A stretch of 64,000 nt of DNA, taken from positions 62,001 through 126,000 of the forward strand of contig JAMWBK010000010.1 in NCBI GenBank assembly GCA_029953675.1. The letters are read 5' to 3'. Source of the stretch: Rhodosorus marinus CCMP1338 (Eukaryota > Plantae > Rhodophyta). The notes under the pieces are model-generated. The model did no database searches, had not been told where the DNA came from, and worked only from the letters and a program-made list of their open reading frames with translations. Shown one piece after another: positions 1-12,400 of this stretch. Position 1 is the stretch's first letter. Each line of letters starts with the position of its first letter. Position numbers and translations under genes: made by a program.

Positions 1-1656
1 TCGGTCCGTCTCGCCAATCAACATCGACGAAATACCTCTCTGCTTTCAATGACTCCTCGCGAAGTGTTGTTCTCGAGACAAATGCAAGCTTAGCATGTGG
101 GTCCTCAGGTTCTTCCTCGATTTCCTTCGTCATACAGCGCGCCGTGGTTAGGGTCCTTCGCCGAAGGCATTGAAGCCAAAAAAAAAGAAGCAAAATGGGG
201 TGGAGTCAGATCGGCTTACAGAGTCTTCATCCATGGTTGTTTGAGATCTATTCCAATCATCCACAGCGTCCAGTTCCATTGTCGAAACTTCCGGCTCAAG
301 TGAAGTTTCCATTCCATGGTTCGACTCGCCATTGGTCCCCCCGTCGGTTGTCACTTCCCCTCCTTTTTCTTCTGCAAGCACAATAACCTCTTCACTTTCG
401 TCATCTAAGTTGACTACAGGTTCAAGATAGTTGGCTGTCGGGGAAGTCTCGTTGTCGGAAATTTCCAAAACATCCAGCACTCTATTCAGGCTAGAACCCT
501 TCCGTTCTGAGGAGGGTCTGGCGGCAAAGGCCGGAGAGCAAGAAGACGCTGTTAATGGTCGTGGGCAACATCGTAATACTCGTCAACAGTTTTCTACCTA
601 GTGCAGTATTACATGACGAGCATTGACGACCAAGCTGCGCGTTTCACCTCCAGTAGCCGCTCAAGTATAGCCCAAACGATGGTGCCTGTTTGCTAAGAAG
701 CAGGGTATTTCGGCAGTTTCCTAGAAATACTCTCCCACTTAACATACTGGTGCCTTCACTGCAACATTATCATGTGCGTTGGTTTGTCGAGGACTTGGAA
801 GCCTGGCATAGAAACGCTCGTGCAACTACGGGCTAACCTAAAGCAGAAATTTTCTACTAAAAACAAAAGGAAAAGCCAAGAGGCATGCTGGAATTATCTA
901 ACCTCGATTCTACGCCAGTTTCTGCATTGCCACCAACCGCCCGTTGCTGCGGCAAAGGAGTGAACTCCGTTTTCCAGGTCTCCTGCAGTCGGTGATCGTG
1001 CTCATTCTGCGAAGCAGCAGATCGCAGCCCTTGGGGTTCCCGCGGACAGCTCTTATCCGGTGCAACCTCCTCCGCCCTTCCTATATCCTGACATAAGACG
1101 AAGTTGCCGTGAGCGCTCCGGCGCTCGAACCTAACCCCAGTGCTTCATCACCGCTCCACTACCTACCTGAGCTGTACGCTTTCGAGACTGGATTGGAGGC
1201 TTAGGACCAGCCGTAGACTTCAAATCTACGAAACCATCCGATACCAAACGCTGAACAACCCCAAAAGCTGCGATCTCTTTAGCCATTTTCTTCGACGCCG
1301 AGCTTCCTGCGCCCGTACATATTACTGGGCTAGCCTTTGGCATAGTAACCTGGCAAACATAGTCTCCATCCCCTCCAGAACGAAAAGTGTAGCTTGAGTT
1401 ACAGAGAAATCGATCAGGTTATTAGCAATGAAAATTTTCTAGATATGGGTGGGCGTGCACTGCAATCACCTTGGTGGCCTACCAGCACAATGCCTGAGGC
1501 AGTAGTCCATCAGCACACGCGTACACTGCTCAACACCGGCGACGTCAGTATCCATCGTTGAAACCAGCGCTCGTGCGGAATTCCCATCTAAGGAATAGCA
1601 AGTAGACCAAATCAAAATCAAAATCCCGCTGCGATACCTACCCAGCAACAACTCAT
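1..1656 (-). CDS. Dicer-dimerisation (DUF283/dsRBD-like) domain protein, probable Dicer-like; multi-exon, 3' part runs off the left window edge, 5' end uncertain
   Basis: Joining exons across a GT-AG intron (1469-1393) gives VEQCTRVLMDYCLRHCAGRPPSYTFRSGGDGDYVCQVTMPKASPVICTGAGSSASKKMAKEIAAFGVVQRLVSDGFVD. This matches the Dicer_dimer pattern (LxxYC...Y.C.V.LP..SP...G...K..AK..AAF...L...G.+D). An acidic exon follows (148-480) and a frame stays open to base 1. Confidence 0.55.
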
Positions 1657-3212
1657 CCGATTCGCATCAGCTTGATGACGTCGGAATCAAACTACGGTGA
1701 ACATGGCAAGTCATAACTTAGTTCCCTACCACGAACGCTTCAGCTCACCTAAACATATCTCAGCAAATCGCAGGCCCCAATACAGGTCTTGAACCTCCCC
1801 AAAATCGAAATATATTTCTCTAGATTAAATAGACAGCAGATTAGGCCAGTTTCCAAGGCTTACAGTGTTTAGCGGTTTCGCCCTTTTTCTTCGATTAATC
1901 AGCACGAGCTCAAATTCCCGGTGACTCCTACTCGGAGCTCAGAGCTCGCATTTTGCTCCGTTTTACCACCTTAAATGGCTTATGAAGAGTTTTGACTTTT
2001 GTCTGGCGGGCAGGGTCAACGGATTGGCTGCGTCAAGTTTGCTTTCGGATTGGTCAAGTCCCTGCTTCTAGAGCTTCTACCTGGTCGTGCGTTTGACTTC
2101 TCCCAACTACGTAGTGGTTGTCTTTTTTGCCCCCTCGTGTTTTTTTTTCTCTAGTCTCCGAATAAACGCATTCGCTTAGCTAGCGGCGGCTTCAGTATCG
2201 AGATAGCTATGGATGCCCTCGAAGCTTCGGATGGCAACTCAATATGATCGGCCCAAAAATACCCTGCGCAAAATGCAAAACTTTGGATGGTGTTTTGGTA
2301 AAGGCACACTAGCTTGGCGGCTGCCTTAATGATTAGCCTCGAACTCGGCCCTGGATTAGCTGATATCCAATCTAAAAAAATCCTTGGGCACAATCAACGC
2401 AGCCCTCCACGAATCGTGTAAAACTACTGCGGCCTTGTCCGCTGTTAGCAATAACTCGGTGCCAAGCCCCAACTACCAGCTGGAGGTTATGCAAACTCCG
2501 TCTCTGAAGCCAAATTCTGCTACTAGCAAGGCAGTTCCTTTCACTCGAGCGAGCTAAGAATGGCCCTGACCTAAATGGTTTTGCCAGCAGGTCAAAACCA
2601 AAGATGTCCGAGACAAACCAGCGGTTGCCGAGAAAGCTGAGAAAACTAAGCCATGTGACTGGTAGTAGCTACGTGACCACCAACGTCCTTAAGAGCTTTC
2701 CGACTGCTGTATGCACCTATAGCGGTCCACGTCTCCGGCATCGTTTGTTCGGAAGGAAGTGGAGTCCCACCTATCGTTGGCCAGAAAACGGCGAAAGCGA
2801 ATATTCTTAACAGCATTTAAGAAAAGCTGGACGATGGACGCGATGAAGATGTGCCCAACACGAAAGCCTGACGATTCTAATCCGTGCCGAGGTACCACTC
2901 CAAAGAAAAGCTTCTTCGCGTATGTCCCGAAAGGACCAATATCTAGTTTATATGCACATTGGTGGTTTATGAAAATCCGCTGTGATCAGACTTTCCGATG
3001 GTGAGCGGCGGGTATCTGCGGAAGACCCGACGGAACAACCGCACTTCTAGAACATAGAGATGAGAATATACTACAGTCATGCTATCTATGATCTAGCGCT
3101 AACAAGATACAAGGAACAGATGCCCTACATTCATAATAATCATTGTCTAAAGACATTTGGCGCAAAGCGAGTCTGGGCAAAATGAGGTCCGCTCCGTAGA
3201 AAACACTATCCA

Positions 3213-4276
3213 CTATCCTCGGGCAACAAAACCTCGAGATTTGCCCATCAACGTCTCATAAACAAAAGCGCCAAATGCAAACGCCATCGTAACGCGCGCT
3301 GTACCCCAGCCGATACCAAGGCTCCTCTGTGCAAAGCGGAATCGGTCCAACTTTGTAGGTTGCTCCAAAGTCTTCCTGGCTAGGCTAAACGTGAGTAGAA
3401 TCGATCAAGTTTAGAGTACTGGTGACTGAGGACAGCAGGAATACTGGCTATGCGAATTGAGCGTGACATTGAATAGTAGAACTTGAAGCTTAGCTTACAT
3501 CCTCCATGTATCCATGATACTTGGCACAACAAGACGCGCTGAAGCGTACTGAACGTTCCTCGCGTAGTTGAAAGGTGCGGATATAAAAGTCGCCAACACT
3601 GCAGACGTTAGATCGTGCTTCAAATGATCTAGTTTACCCCCCGGAAATCGTCGGCGGAGGTAGTGTCTCATGGACGTATAAGCCGCGCCGAATGCGACGT
3701 CTCGGAGGACCGTTGAGCCTACACCACGGAAGAAGGACCCGCATCCGTGCAACCGGTAAAGCTCGGACGCAGTTCCCCAGAAGGTGTCCTTGTTAGCCCT
3801 GCGGACAAGCGCAGAAAACGGCTTCCGTTTAGTATGCTGTCACCCTCACCGAAAACGGGAATGAGAGTTGCAGTTTATGTATAGCCAACGTACGTCCACA
3901 TGTTGTACTTGATTACGGACAGAGGGTTGAGGAGGAGCCCGTTGACGGCCCCGGCGCATTTCCCCACAAATACGTCCCTCAGGGCCTGAGAAATTTGGAA
4001 TCTTGCGAATAGCTTCTTAAATATATCCTCCAGCGGAAAGTAGATCCCACCCTGCAAGGACCTCTGGAAAAAAGCCTGCGAAAAGCCTTGAAAGGGACTC
4101 CGCCAGTTGTCGAGGTGCCAAAACTGCCTGTTCTGAGTGATGCTCAGGAAAAGCGCCCGATCGAAAGGGTTAAAGGCTGCGGCCTGAACCGCTCCCGCCA
4201 CCAATCCAGAGATTGCTCGTCCATCAAGTGGTAAACATACCGCAAAAGTGACGCGCCTCATCCCCTCCTCCCCCAT
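3213..4276 (-). CDS. Mitochondrial carrier family (SLC25) protein, multi-exon
   Basis: Three carrier repeats: ISGLVAGAVQAAAFNPFDRALF, GAVNGLLLNPLSVIKY, ATFISAPFNYARN. The last exon reads LGIGWGTARVTMAFAFGAFVYETLMGK with a stop at 3213-3215. Confidence 0.85.
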
Positions 4277-5790
4277 CGCGAATTCACACAAAGCCGAGAC
4301 ACGAAAGGCTCAACAAGATACAAGGAATCACAAAAAAAAGACCTCCGTGGACGTCACTATAGAACAAGGAGAAACCCCAAGCACAGAAACTATTCACTCC
4401 CCCGACTCTACCGAAAAACACCCCATCGCACTCACTACCAACAAGAAAAGGAAAACCCAAACTCTCCAAATTCTCAAGACTCAATCTACTCTTTCGACAC
4501 GAACCACTCCACCCTACACCTCCTCCACCAACCCTTCCCGACCCTACCAATCCCCCTCTAAAAGCTGAACATAGAATACAAAGTTATCCGATACTCCCAA
4601 ACTCCGGTTTTACCCTGAAGCCGTCAATCCACTCCTATATAAACGACCACGCCAAAAAAGAAAAACTATCTCGTAACCCCCACCCGAATTCATTCATACC
4701 TGATTGCATTGATACCGAAAACCTCGATCACGGCCCCACCTAATCCTAGCTCCCCCCACACACCCACCACCACAGCCCCGACCCATGCGACCACCCACGT
4801 GTTTTCCAACGAGATGCAAATGGAGGCGTATCCGTTTTGCCTGTTTAAACAGTGTTTTGTTAACAAGCAAAGTCGATGCTCCAATAAAATCCTTCTAAAT
4901 TTGTCACAGATTATCAGGGAGGTGTATCTACAATCAAAGAACTAATCAAAAAAATAAACTGCAATTTTATTGGAGGAGGAGTTTTCCACGCAAGAATAAA
5001 TTGGAAAATTGTTTTGAGGGGGGATGTTGTTCATGGGGATGGCGAAGGGCGTGGTGTTTGTGAGTGGGGAAATTCTGGGACTGATGAGGATGTTGGGAAC
5101 ATGAAAGTCGTTTGTGAACTGAAGAAGATTCTGAGGGATACGGGACGGAATGGACGGATATGGGATTCTCTCTTCGGACTCATGGAAGACAGTCGTTCGC
5201 GCGCGGCATGATGGAAGTGCCGAGATGGTGGCCGACGCAACAGAGTAGTTTTGGACACAGGCTTCGCTGGGGAGAATCTGATGAGACTGGGATTTCTGGG
5301 TTTCCTGAGACCGGGATCGAGGAAAAGCGAGAATCTGATCTGGGTGCGCAGGGGAGCCTCCCAATACAACGTAGAGGTCTCGTTTTTTGGTAGTATTGTA
5401 CTCTCGGAACGAGCGTCACAGTCATTTCCGACTCCATTTATAGCTGGAGGGAGTGCACGCCAATTGAGAACCGCATAAGGAGGGGGGGCGGAAGGGGTGA
5501 GGCCAAATTCCTGACAGGTTCTACCGAGCAGAAAACTCGATTTGTTTGGTCAGTGCATCACGAAGATCGTCTTTGCTCGCATCGAAATTGCCCTGAGTTG
5601 CAAGTTCTTGAACCCGTCGAATGAATCAGGAGCTTCTTTCAACTGGTGCTATAGATGAACCCTGAATGGTGAAAAGTCAAAGCAATCCATCATAAGGATA
5701 CTCGTCTTAAGGCGCGTTCGCCGTTCTGCGCCTTCCTTCAGATAGATCTCGGGGTATTCTTATAGGCCATGCGACGAGGTTTCTCGATAC

Positions 5791-6285
5791 TTGCTTCGCT
5801 CAGGGGTACGCGGAAGGCTTCGGCGTCTCGACTGTTGACGTAATGAGTACATGCCAGCGTGTCCAAACGATGTACCTTCTACTCACTGATTGTCCACCGT
5901 CCTGGATTTGAGCTTGACTATGACTCGTTCAGTGCGGATACCTTCGCTTCTTTTCTCGAAAAACCTCAGACAATTTTTAGCCTGATCCTAGGGTTCGCGA
6001 ACGCACGTCTGCTCTGCCTTGCTAGCCCCGTGCACGCTTTATGCCATAGATATGCGCAGGCTACAACTGACCGAGCAAATCGCAAATGACTTGGAGACCC
6101 ATCGAAGCTGAGACCCATCGAAGCTGTAGCACTTGTGCGTCGGCACTCTAAAAGCACCTTTCAGCAACTGCTTAGTCTAACGGTTAACGGATCCCTCAGA
6201 CTTGCCTGCCAAGTTTTCAATGAAGGCCCTTTATTTGCTTCGCTCAGAGGTACGCGGAAGGCTTCGGCGTCTCGACGGTTGACGT
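5791..6285. repeat. Two 51-bp direct repeats (5791-5841 and 6235-6285), 49/51 identical
   Basis: ttgcttcgctcag(g/a)ggtacgcggaaggcttcggcgtctcgac(t/g)gttgacgt read at both positions. Confidence 0.9.
6094..6125. repeat. Perfect 16-bp tandem duplication
   Basis: gagacccatcgaagct occurs twice in tandem. Confidence 0.9.
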
Positions 6286-6916
6286 CCGAAGATGCTGGCC
6301 AACGCTCAACGCACCGACAGGAAAATGAACCATTCACGGGTTGCGTGCTAGTTGTATCGGTCTCCGTTCCGTCTCCGAAAGAACACAACATCAGCTTCAT
6401 CTCCATGCACTGGTTGAGAAGGTGAAACCCTTATTTTCGAGTTTGCTCAAAGCCCATTGCCCAGTGGCCGGGTCGACAAGATGAACTTCCCATTATCCTC
6501 AGCTAGTGAACTCTTAATGCTACAAGAGCAGGGCACACTAAGTCAAATCGATGCGACTTTGTTCCCTTCGAGTGTAAGAGCGTCTGATTCGTGAGCACCG
6601 GAAAATTTCTGGGAGCACAACAATGAAGATGGTTCTGCATCGGCTCCGGCAAAACACTTCGGTTCTCCAAAGCAAACTCTTAAAAAGGAAGGCTCCGGGG
6701 GGGTCTCACCTACAATGGCATGCTTGCTATTCACGCAACTGCTTGCGAAGCAACCGGCTCGCCAAATGCTGGCGAGCCGATCCGCAAGCCAACTCGCAAC
6801 TGCATCCAGCTGGCGCGTCCGGTATTTCTTTCGGCAGTTGTAAACCAGTAAGGCGGGTGTAGATCACCAATACGCACGATAAAAAGTAATTAAGTTAATC
6901 ATCCCCGGCGACTCCG

Positions 6917-7490
6917 CTATTCTTGACTGTCCAAGAGGCCACGGCACAGATCTGCGATTCCCTTCTTATCCGGGAGCTGGAAACCCGGGCACACAATTCT
7001 ATATGAAAAGGGAAAAAACATCTGAGCGTGAGCAGTAGCCGAACGCAGCAACTGGGGAATAGTCCTCACAAGAGTGGCTTGTGGTTATCCATTACTTCTT
7101 GAAAGCGTCATCTTCGACCGCCTTGTACATGATTTTGTTCCGAACAAAAAATATGGCTAGAGCACGACTAAGCTCAGCTTGTCTATCCGGCTGTAGAGAT
7201 TTTGGGGTTGTCTGGAAATGTTCTTCGATCCTCTTCGCCCGTTTTGAAGGCGCTGGTTGTTCCTTCACCATTGACATCGACTGCGACATAAGGGGGACCC
7301 CCCCGTCCGCAATTCTCTTGTGATCTCCCGGGATCATCAACTGCCTATTGTGGCACTGCTCAACATGTTTTCTCATACGTTCCACCTTCCCGTACATTTC
7401 ATGGCCGCATTCGTGACATCGTGCCCTTATCCCAGTTTTTCCATCTATTCGGGAAAAGCTATCCCAAATGGGATCCTTCCTTCTTCCCAT
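6917..7490 (-). CDS. BED zinc-finger protein derived from an hAT transposase N-terminus; one intron (7095-6999), no DDE domain
   Basis: BED finger IWDSF...ARCHECGHEMYGKVERMRKHVEQC and the hAT segment LAIFFVRNKIMYKAVEDDAFK. After splicing it reads IVCPGFQLPDKKGIADLCRGLLD (hAT P.Y..P.R...LL motif) and then stops. Confidence 0.7.
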
Positions 7491-9411
7491 ATCCTCCAAA
7501 CCGAAGTTCTTTGATTAATCTCCAAATGTTCCTCTTCTACCAGGAACCCTTAGAGCCCAAGTCGTCTTCTGCTCATACGCGATTAGTTCTACAACTCTCT
7601 TGCAATGCCTCCCCCGCGACCCCCCGAATCCTACTAACGGAAGCAGCAATCCCAGCGACATTCACCCGCATACGCACAATATGCGACATCGGTAAAAAAT
7701 GGTGGGAAACCCATTAGCCAATAATCGTTGAGAACGTCTGAATCATATGAGACCCAATTCCCCTGTTTTCATTCAAATTTTCTTCAATCCCACTAACCCA
7801 CCACCCACACATTGTGTCATTGGACAAAAGTATCTTTCCTTAACCAATAAACAAAGTATATTTCGTGAATATTTTGTTTTTAAAAAATAATCAGGTACTG
7901 ATCAATGAATAGAATTCCACGAAGTGTAAGCGACAATATATAAATATTTGGCAACAATTTGGGGACTGTACTATTTATCGACGGTCGGCGATGAGAGTTG
8001 AACTCTGTTCATGTTATTGCAAGGAGGTGACTTGATGCTGGGTTTGTCCTCCTTTTTTTCAAGCCTCCGTACATAAACAATCCCATGCAAGAAGTGCTTG
8101 CTGTTGAAGTCACGGATGAGCCACTGTTCACAGGGACGACTACTCCTTCAACCTGTTTTCCCCGTCTTCCATAGCGAAGACTTGACCCTTCTATTGCTTA
8201 GGTTGGGTAGGGAATTCGGTATCCCTACCTTGGCCGGAGATATATAGGTGGGGAATATTTTCGCATTTCCCCATCCTAGAGTATAAAAATTTCCCCGAAC
8301 TGGGTAGTGGACTTCCCGATTTGCTCCCCGCCGCCACCCAAAAGCACTCGCCTCACCCTTGTCCATTGCCTGGAATCGGCGACACTGGATAACAATGCCC
8401 AATATTGTGTAGGAGAGGTTTTGACTTTGTGTAAAATTCAGTGATTGGCTAACACGGGACTGTACGAGCATTGATTGGATAAAATAAGAAAGATTAATTT
8501 GTATAGAGTAACATTTTCGGAAGGACGGCTACTAAAATCTCGTCTATTGGCCCTAATAGCGTTATGTATTTTTCTTAGGCTAAAAATATATAATTTTTTC
8601 CTGCTTCTCTGATCCTGCTAGAAGAGCCGTTTCCAAATTCCCCAAATTTCCGCATTTTGAACGAACGTGTTGAGGATCGTTGATGAGTGCTCTGCTGAAG
8701 AAGCAAAGAGTATGTGCCTTAGTTGAAAACTTTCTGAAAATAGAAATCCTGAAAACAGTTCTGTTCTTGATGATGTCGGCCAAGAAACAGAGCTTCAAGA
8801 TCCCCATCCACCTGTCCCGCGCTTCCTAAAACCAGACTCTCCTTTTACAATGTCCAGAATCATCTGTGCTACGATGTGATGAGATGGCGCAACATGGCAG
8901 GACGATGTTCGCCGGAAGAGCAGCAGTTCGGAAGGTTTTTCATTCCAGCGGTGTAGTTTGGGCCATTTCTTTGGTGAGGCATAGTACATTAAAAATGCTA
9001 CAAACCCCTGCCAATTTCAAGCGCCCAGAACGTTACAAAGTACCACCAAGTGGTAGCGGCTTCGCAATACGCTGCGTGAATGAAACATTTGAAGTGAGTG
9101 TCCCCTCATCATGTGATCATGGTCTAGATGGGGTTGGCAGAGGAATTTGAATGCAAACCAAGCAGCCGCTGATTCAGAATCCAAAATCCGTGTTCTGAAG
9201 CGTAATTCAAGGAAGAGAATTTTATGCACCAGGCGTTAAAAGTTTTTGGCTGTCCACACGGGTTCTATTTTCACTATAAAAAATTCCTCGGGGGAATTCG
9301 AATACCCGAAAATGGAGTTGGAGATACACTCATGTAGTACTAGTTTGTCGAGCTGATAATGAACTCTCGGTGATGACTGATGAGAACAACAGACCCTTCT
9401 CAGCAGCTACG

Positions 9412-12400
9412 TCATTGCGCCAACTCCGGAACAGGCTGTGAAGTCACCCCAATGTTGGTCATTACCTCTTCGCATCTAATACGCACAGCATAGCCAAGTT
9501 AATGCAAGTTTTGAACACCAAAGAATCTTATATGCAATCAAATAGCATTGAGAACTTACCTGTCGCACAATAGAGGGTGGTTCTCGCTCTTGCCTACGTG
9601 TTCGCTGTAAACCCAGCATCTGTCGCATTTATTACCGCTGGCCACATCCACGCCAACAAGAACGTCGCTCTCCTCTCCCGCAAGCGAGAACTCGGCTCCT
9701 TCGGCTACGGCCTTGTCCTTGGACAAGTTTACTTCTGATACCAAGAGATAGTAGCTGAGTTCATCCACAGTATTGCTCTCCCCGCTGCTTGGATTGAACT
9801 TTTGCAAGGCCTGCCAACAAAACTCGCGTGAGCGAATCGTCCGCAAGCTTCGAAAGGGCTAAATGCGAAAACAGTACCTCGAAAACCGAGTCATCAGCTA
9901 CACTAAGTGACACTTTGGCTGCTAGGCCAGATCCAATTCTCTTCGCATTCCTGGCCGCGTCCAAGCATTTGTTGACGTCCGTCCGGACTGTTCTGAACAC
10001 GTCCATAGCTGCATCAGTTTCAGGATCTTCGAGAGACCAAGAGGACTCTGGTTTTATCCAACCGGCCTCGAACACAGAGGAGGTGGTCTTCCAGTGCACG
10101 TTCCTACGGTGCAGAGTTGTTTATAAGCGTTTAGTTTTCTCAGATATCTTTCTTTCATCTCGATGTAGGCACGAACCTCCAGAGATCCTCGGCAGTGTGT
10201 GGCAGAATCGGGGCGATTGCTCTAGTCAAGATCTCGAGCAGATGGTAAAGAACTTTTTGACACGATCTGCGCCTGTAGTCGTCAGTTCCGGAAATGTAGA
10301 GGCGATCTTTTGCAATGTCGAGATAAAAATTTGACAAGTCAACAGTCGCAAAGCGCATCAGACCTTGGTACAGACGAACAAAAGAGCTCGTCTCATATGC
10401 CGCCTCCATATCCTCGGCTATCGCGGCGAGCCGTCTTAGCATATACCTAAGGTACACAATCAAACCGGTTTGTCTCAGGCTTCGAAACCGATCTCATGTA
10501 TACCAATCGGAACTAAAAGGATACCGTCCGTAATGTGATGTAGTGTTCATGCGAGCTAGTACTTACTTATCCAAGGCGGGCAACTCATCAAAGCTCATTC
10601 CGGTGCTGGGATCATAATCGTTGACGTTTGAGACAATGTACCTCAAAGTATTTCGTATCTTCCTATAACTATCTGATACAGTCCTAATGATTTCCGGGCC
10701 GACGAGAACGTCCCCCGAGTAGTCGACGCTCGATACCCACAAACGAAGGACATCAGCACCTGAAAAAAGGGGAAGAAGTTCAGGCACTAAGAAACCACTC
10801 TTCACATTAAAACAAAAATCCCTCGGGCGATGCATACCGTAGGCTGGCTCAGTCTTCTGGTTATTGCCACCATTAACGAGTTTGAGTGGGTCCACAACAT
10901 TCCCGACTGATTTGCTCATCTTCAGACCGTTTTGATCCAAAACAAATCCGTGTGTAAGCACCTTCTTGTATGGTGCCTGGCCCTGAGTGGCCACAGAAGT
11001 CAACAGGCTTGACTGGAACCACCTTTGGAAATACATCGAAATTCGGTTTGAGCGATCGTTTCGAAGACGATGCCAAATTCGGTTAAGCGACTTCAACGTC
11101 TGGCCTCACCCTCGATGTTGATCGCTTCCCTCCAAGTAGACGTCAGCAGGAAAGGTCATTTCCGGTGATTGCTTTGTAACCGCATTCCAAGAAGACCCGG
11201 AGTCAAACCAGACGTCCATTGTGTCCATACCCTGGTGGCGGCAAGGGCCCCGTTCAAATCACGTGAATTGGATTAGATCGGGCTGGTTTTTGTCCATTAC
11301 CGTCAAATCCATTGAGGCGAAGTTTCCTACCTTTCGAAGTCCCGTTCCTCGATATTCCTCTGGAAGCAGATCATCCGCCTCAAGCTCCCACCAGATATCA
11401 GACCCTTTCTCCCTAAACAGCTAGCCGCACGGTAGCATAAAGAAAACAAATCAGACATACCAAAACCGCAGAGATACACCGCCACGTTCAATAGTAGACT
11501 ACCTCTGCAACGCGGCTAATGATCCCCTGGTTTAGCACGGGCTCCCCATCCCCATCATAAAAAACCGGAATAGGAACTCCCCAGGTCCTCTGTCGAGATA
11601 TACACCAATCGTTTCGGCCCTACCGAGTACCGAGGGTTGCGAAGTCACATTTAAACACCGTTGCAGCCAGGCAAGAAGTAAATATCCGCAACCCACTTAC
11701 CACAATCATATTGAAGATCCTTCTTTCTCCAGCTTCTGGAGTCCACTGCACGCCTCTCACCGCTTCGAGGGCCTGGTCCCTAAAGCCTTCTACTGAAGCA
11801 AACCACTATGCTCCGACACAAACAAGAATATCGGTTCCTAACGGTGAGAGCATGTCCAACTCCAAGACCAAAGGATCGAATACACTCTACCTGCTCTGTT
11901 GCTCGGAAAATTGTAGGCTTCTTTGTCCTCCAGTCGTAGGGATACTTGTGGTTGTACTTTTCCTCAAGCAAGAGGACATCGCGTTTGGAAACATGATCGA
12001 TGATAGCCTGATTTCCGTCATCAAGAACGCTAAGACCCGCGAACTCTCCCTCGCAAAACTCGTCGGTAAAACGACCCGCATTGTCCACAGGCGAGAAAAT
12101 CTCTAAGCCCTCTCGCATACCCACGATGTAGTCCTCCTAATCCGCAGGCAAAACAAGCAACGCCGCAGTGTCCAGTTTTAGAGATTGCATATAATGGACC
12201 ACAGTTCTGGCGAGTCTCGGCCTACCTGTCCATGTCCAGGTGCAGTATGAACGAGTCCCGTGCCGCTTTCCGTTGTAATGTAATCACCGCCGACGAGTAT
12301 TTTGCATTTCAGCCCATCCTGAATCGGATGCTCGTAATGAAGTCCCGCGAGGTCGTTCCTGTCGATTGTGGTCGAGAATAAAGGACCAATGCATTGAGTT

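Noticed and set aside
1700-3100. Possible extra gene or upstream Dicer exons; strong plus-strand acceptor at about 2154
   Set aside because: No consistent exon chain or recognisable motif could be built on either strand.
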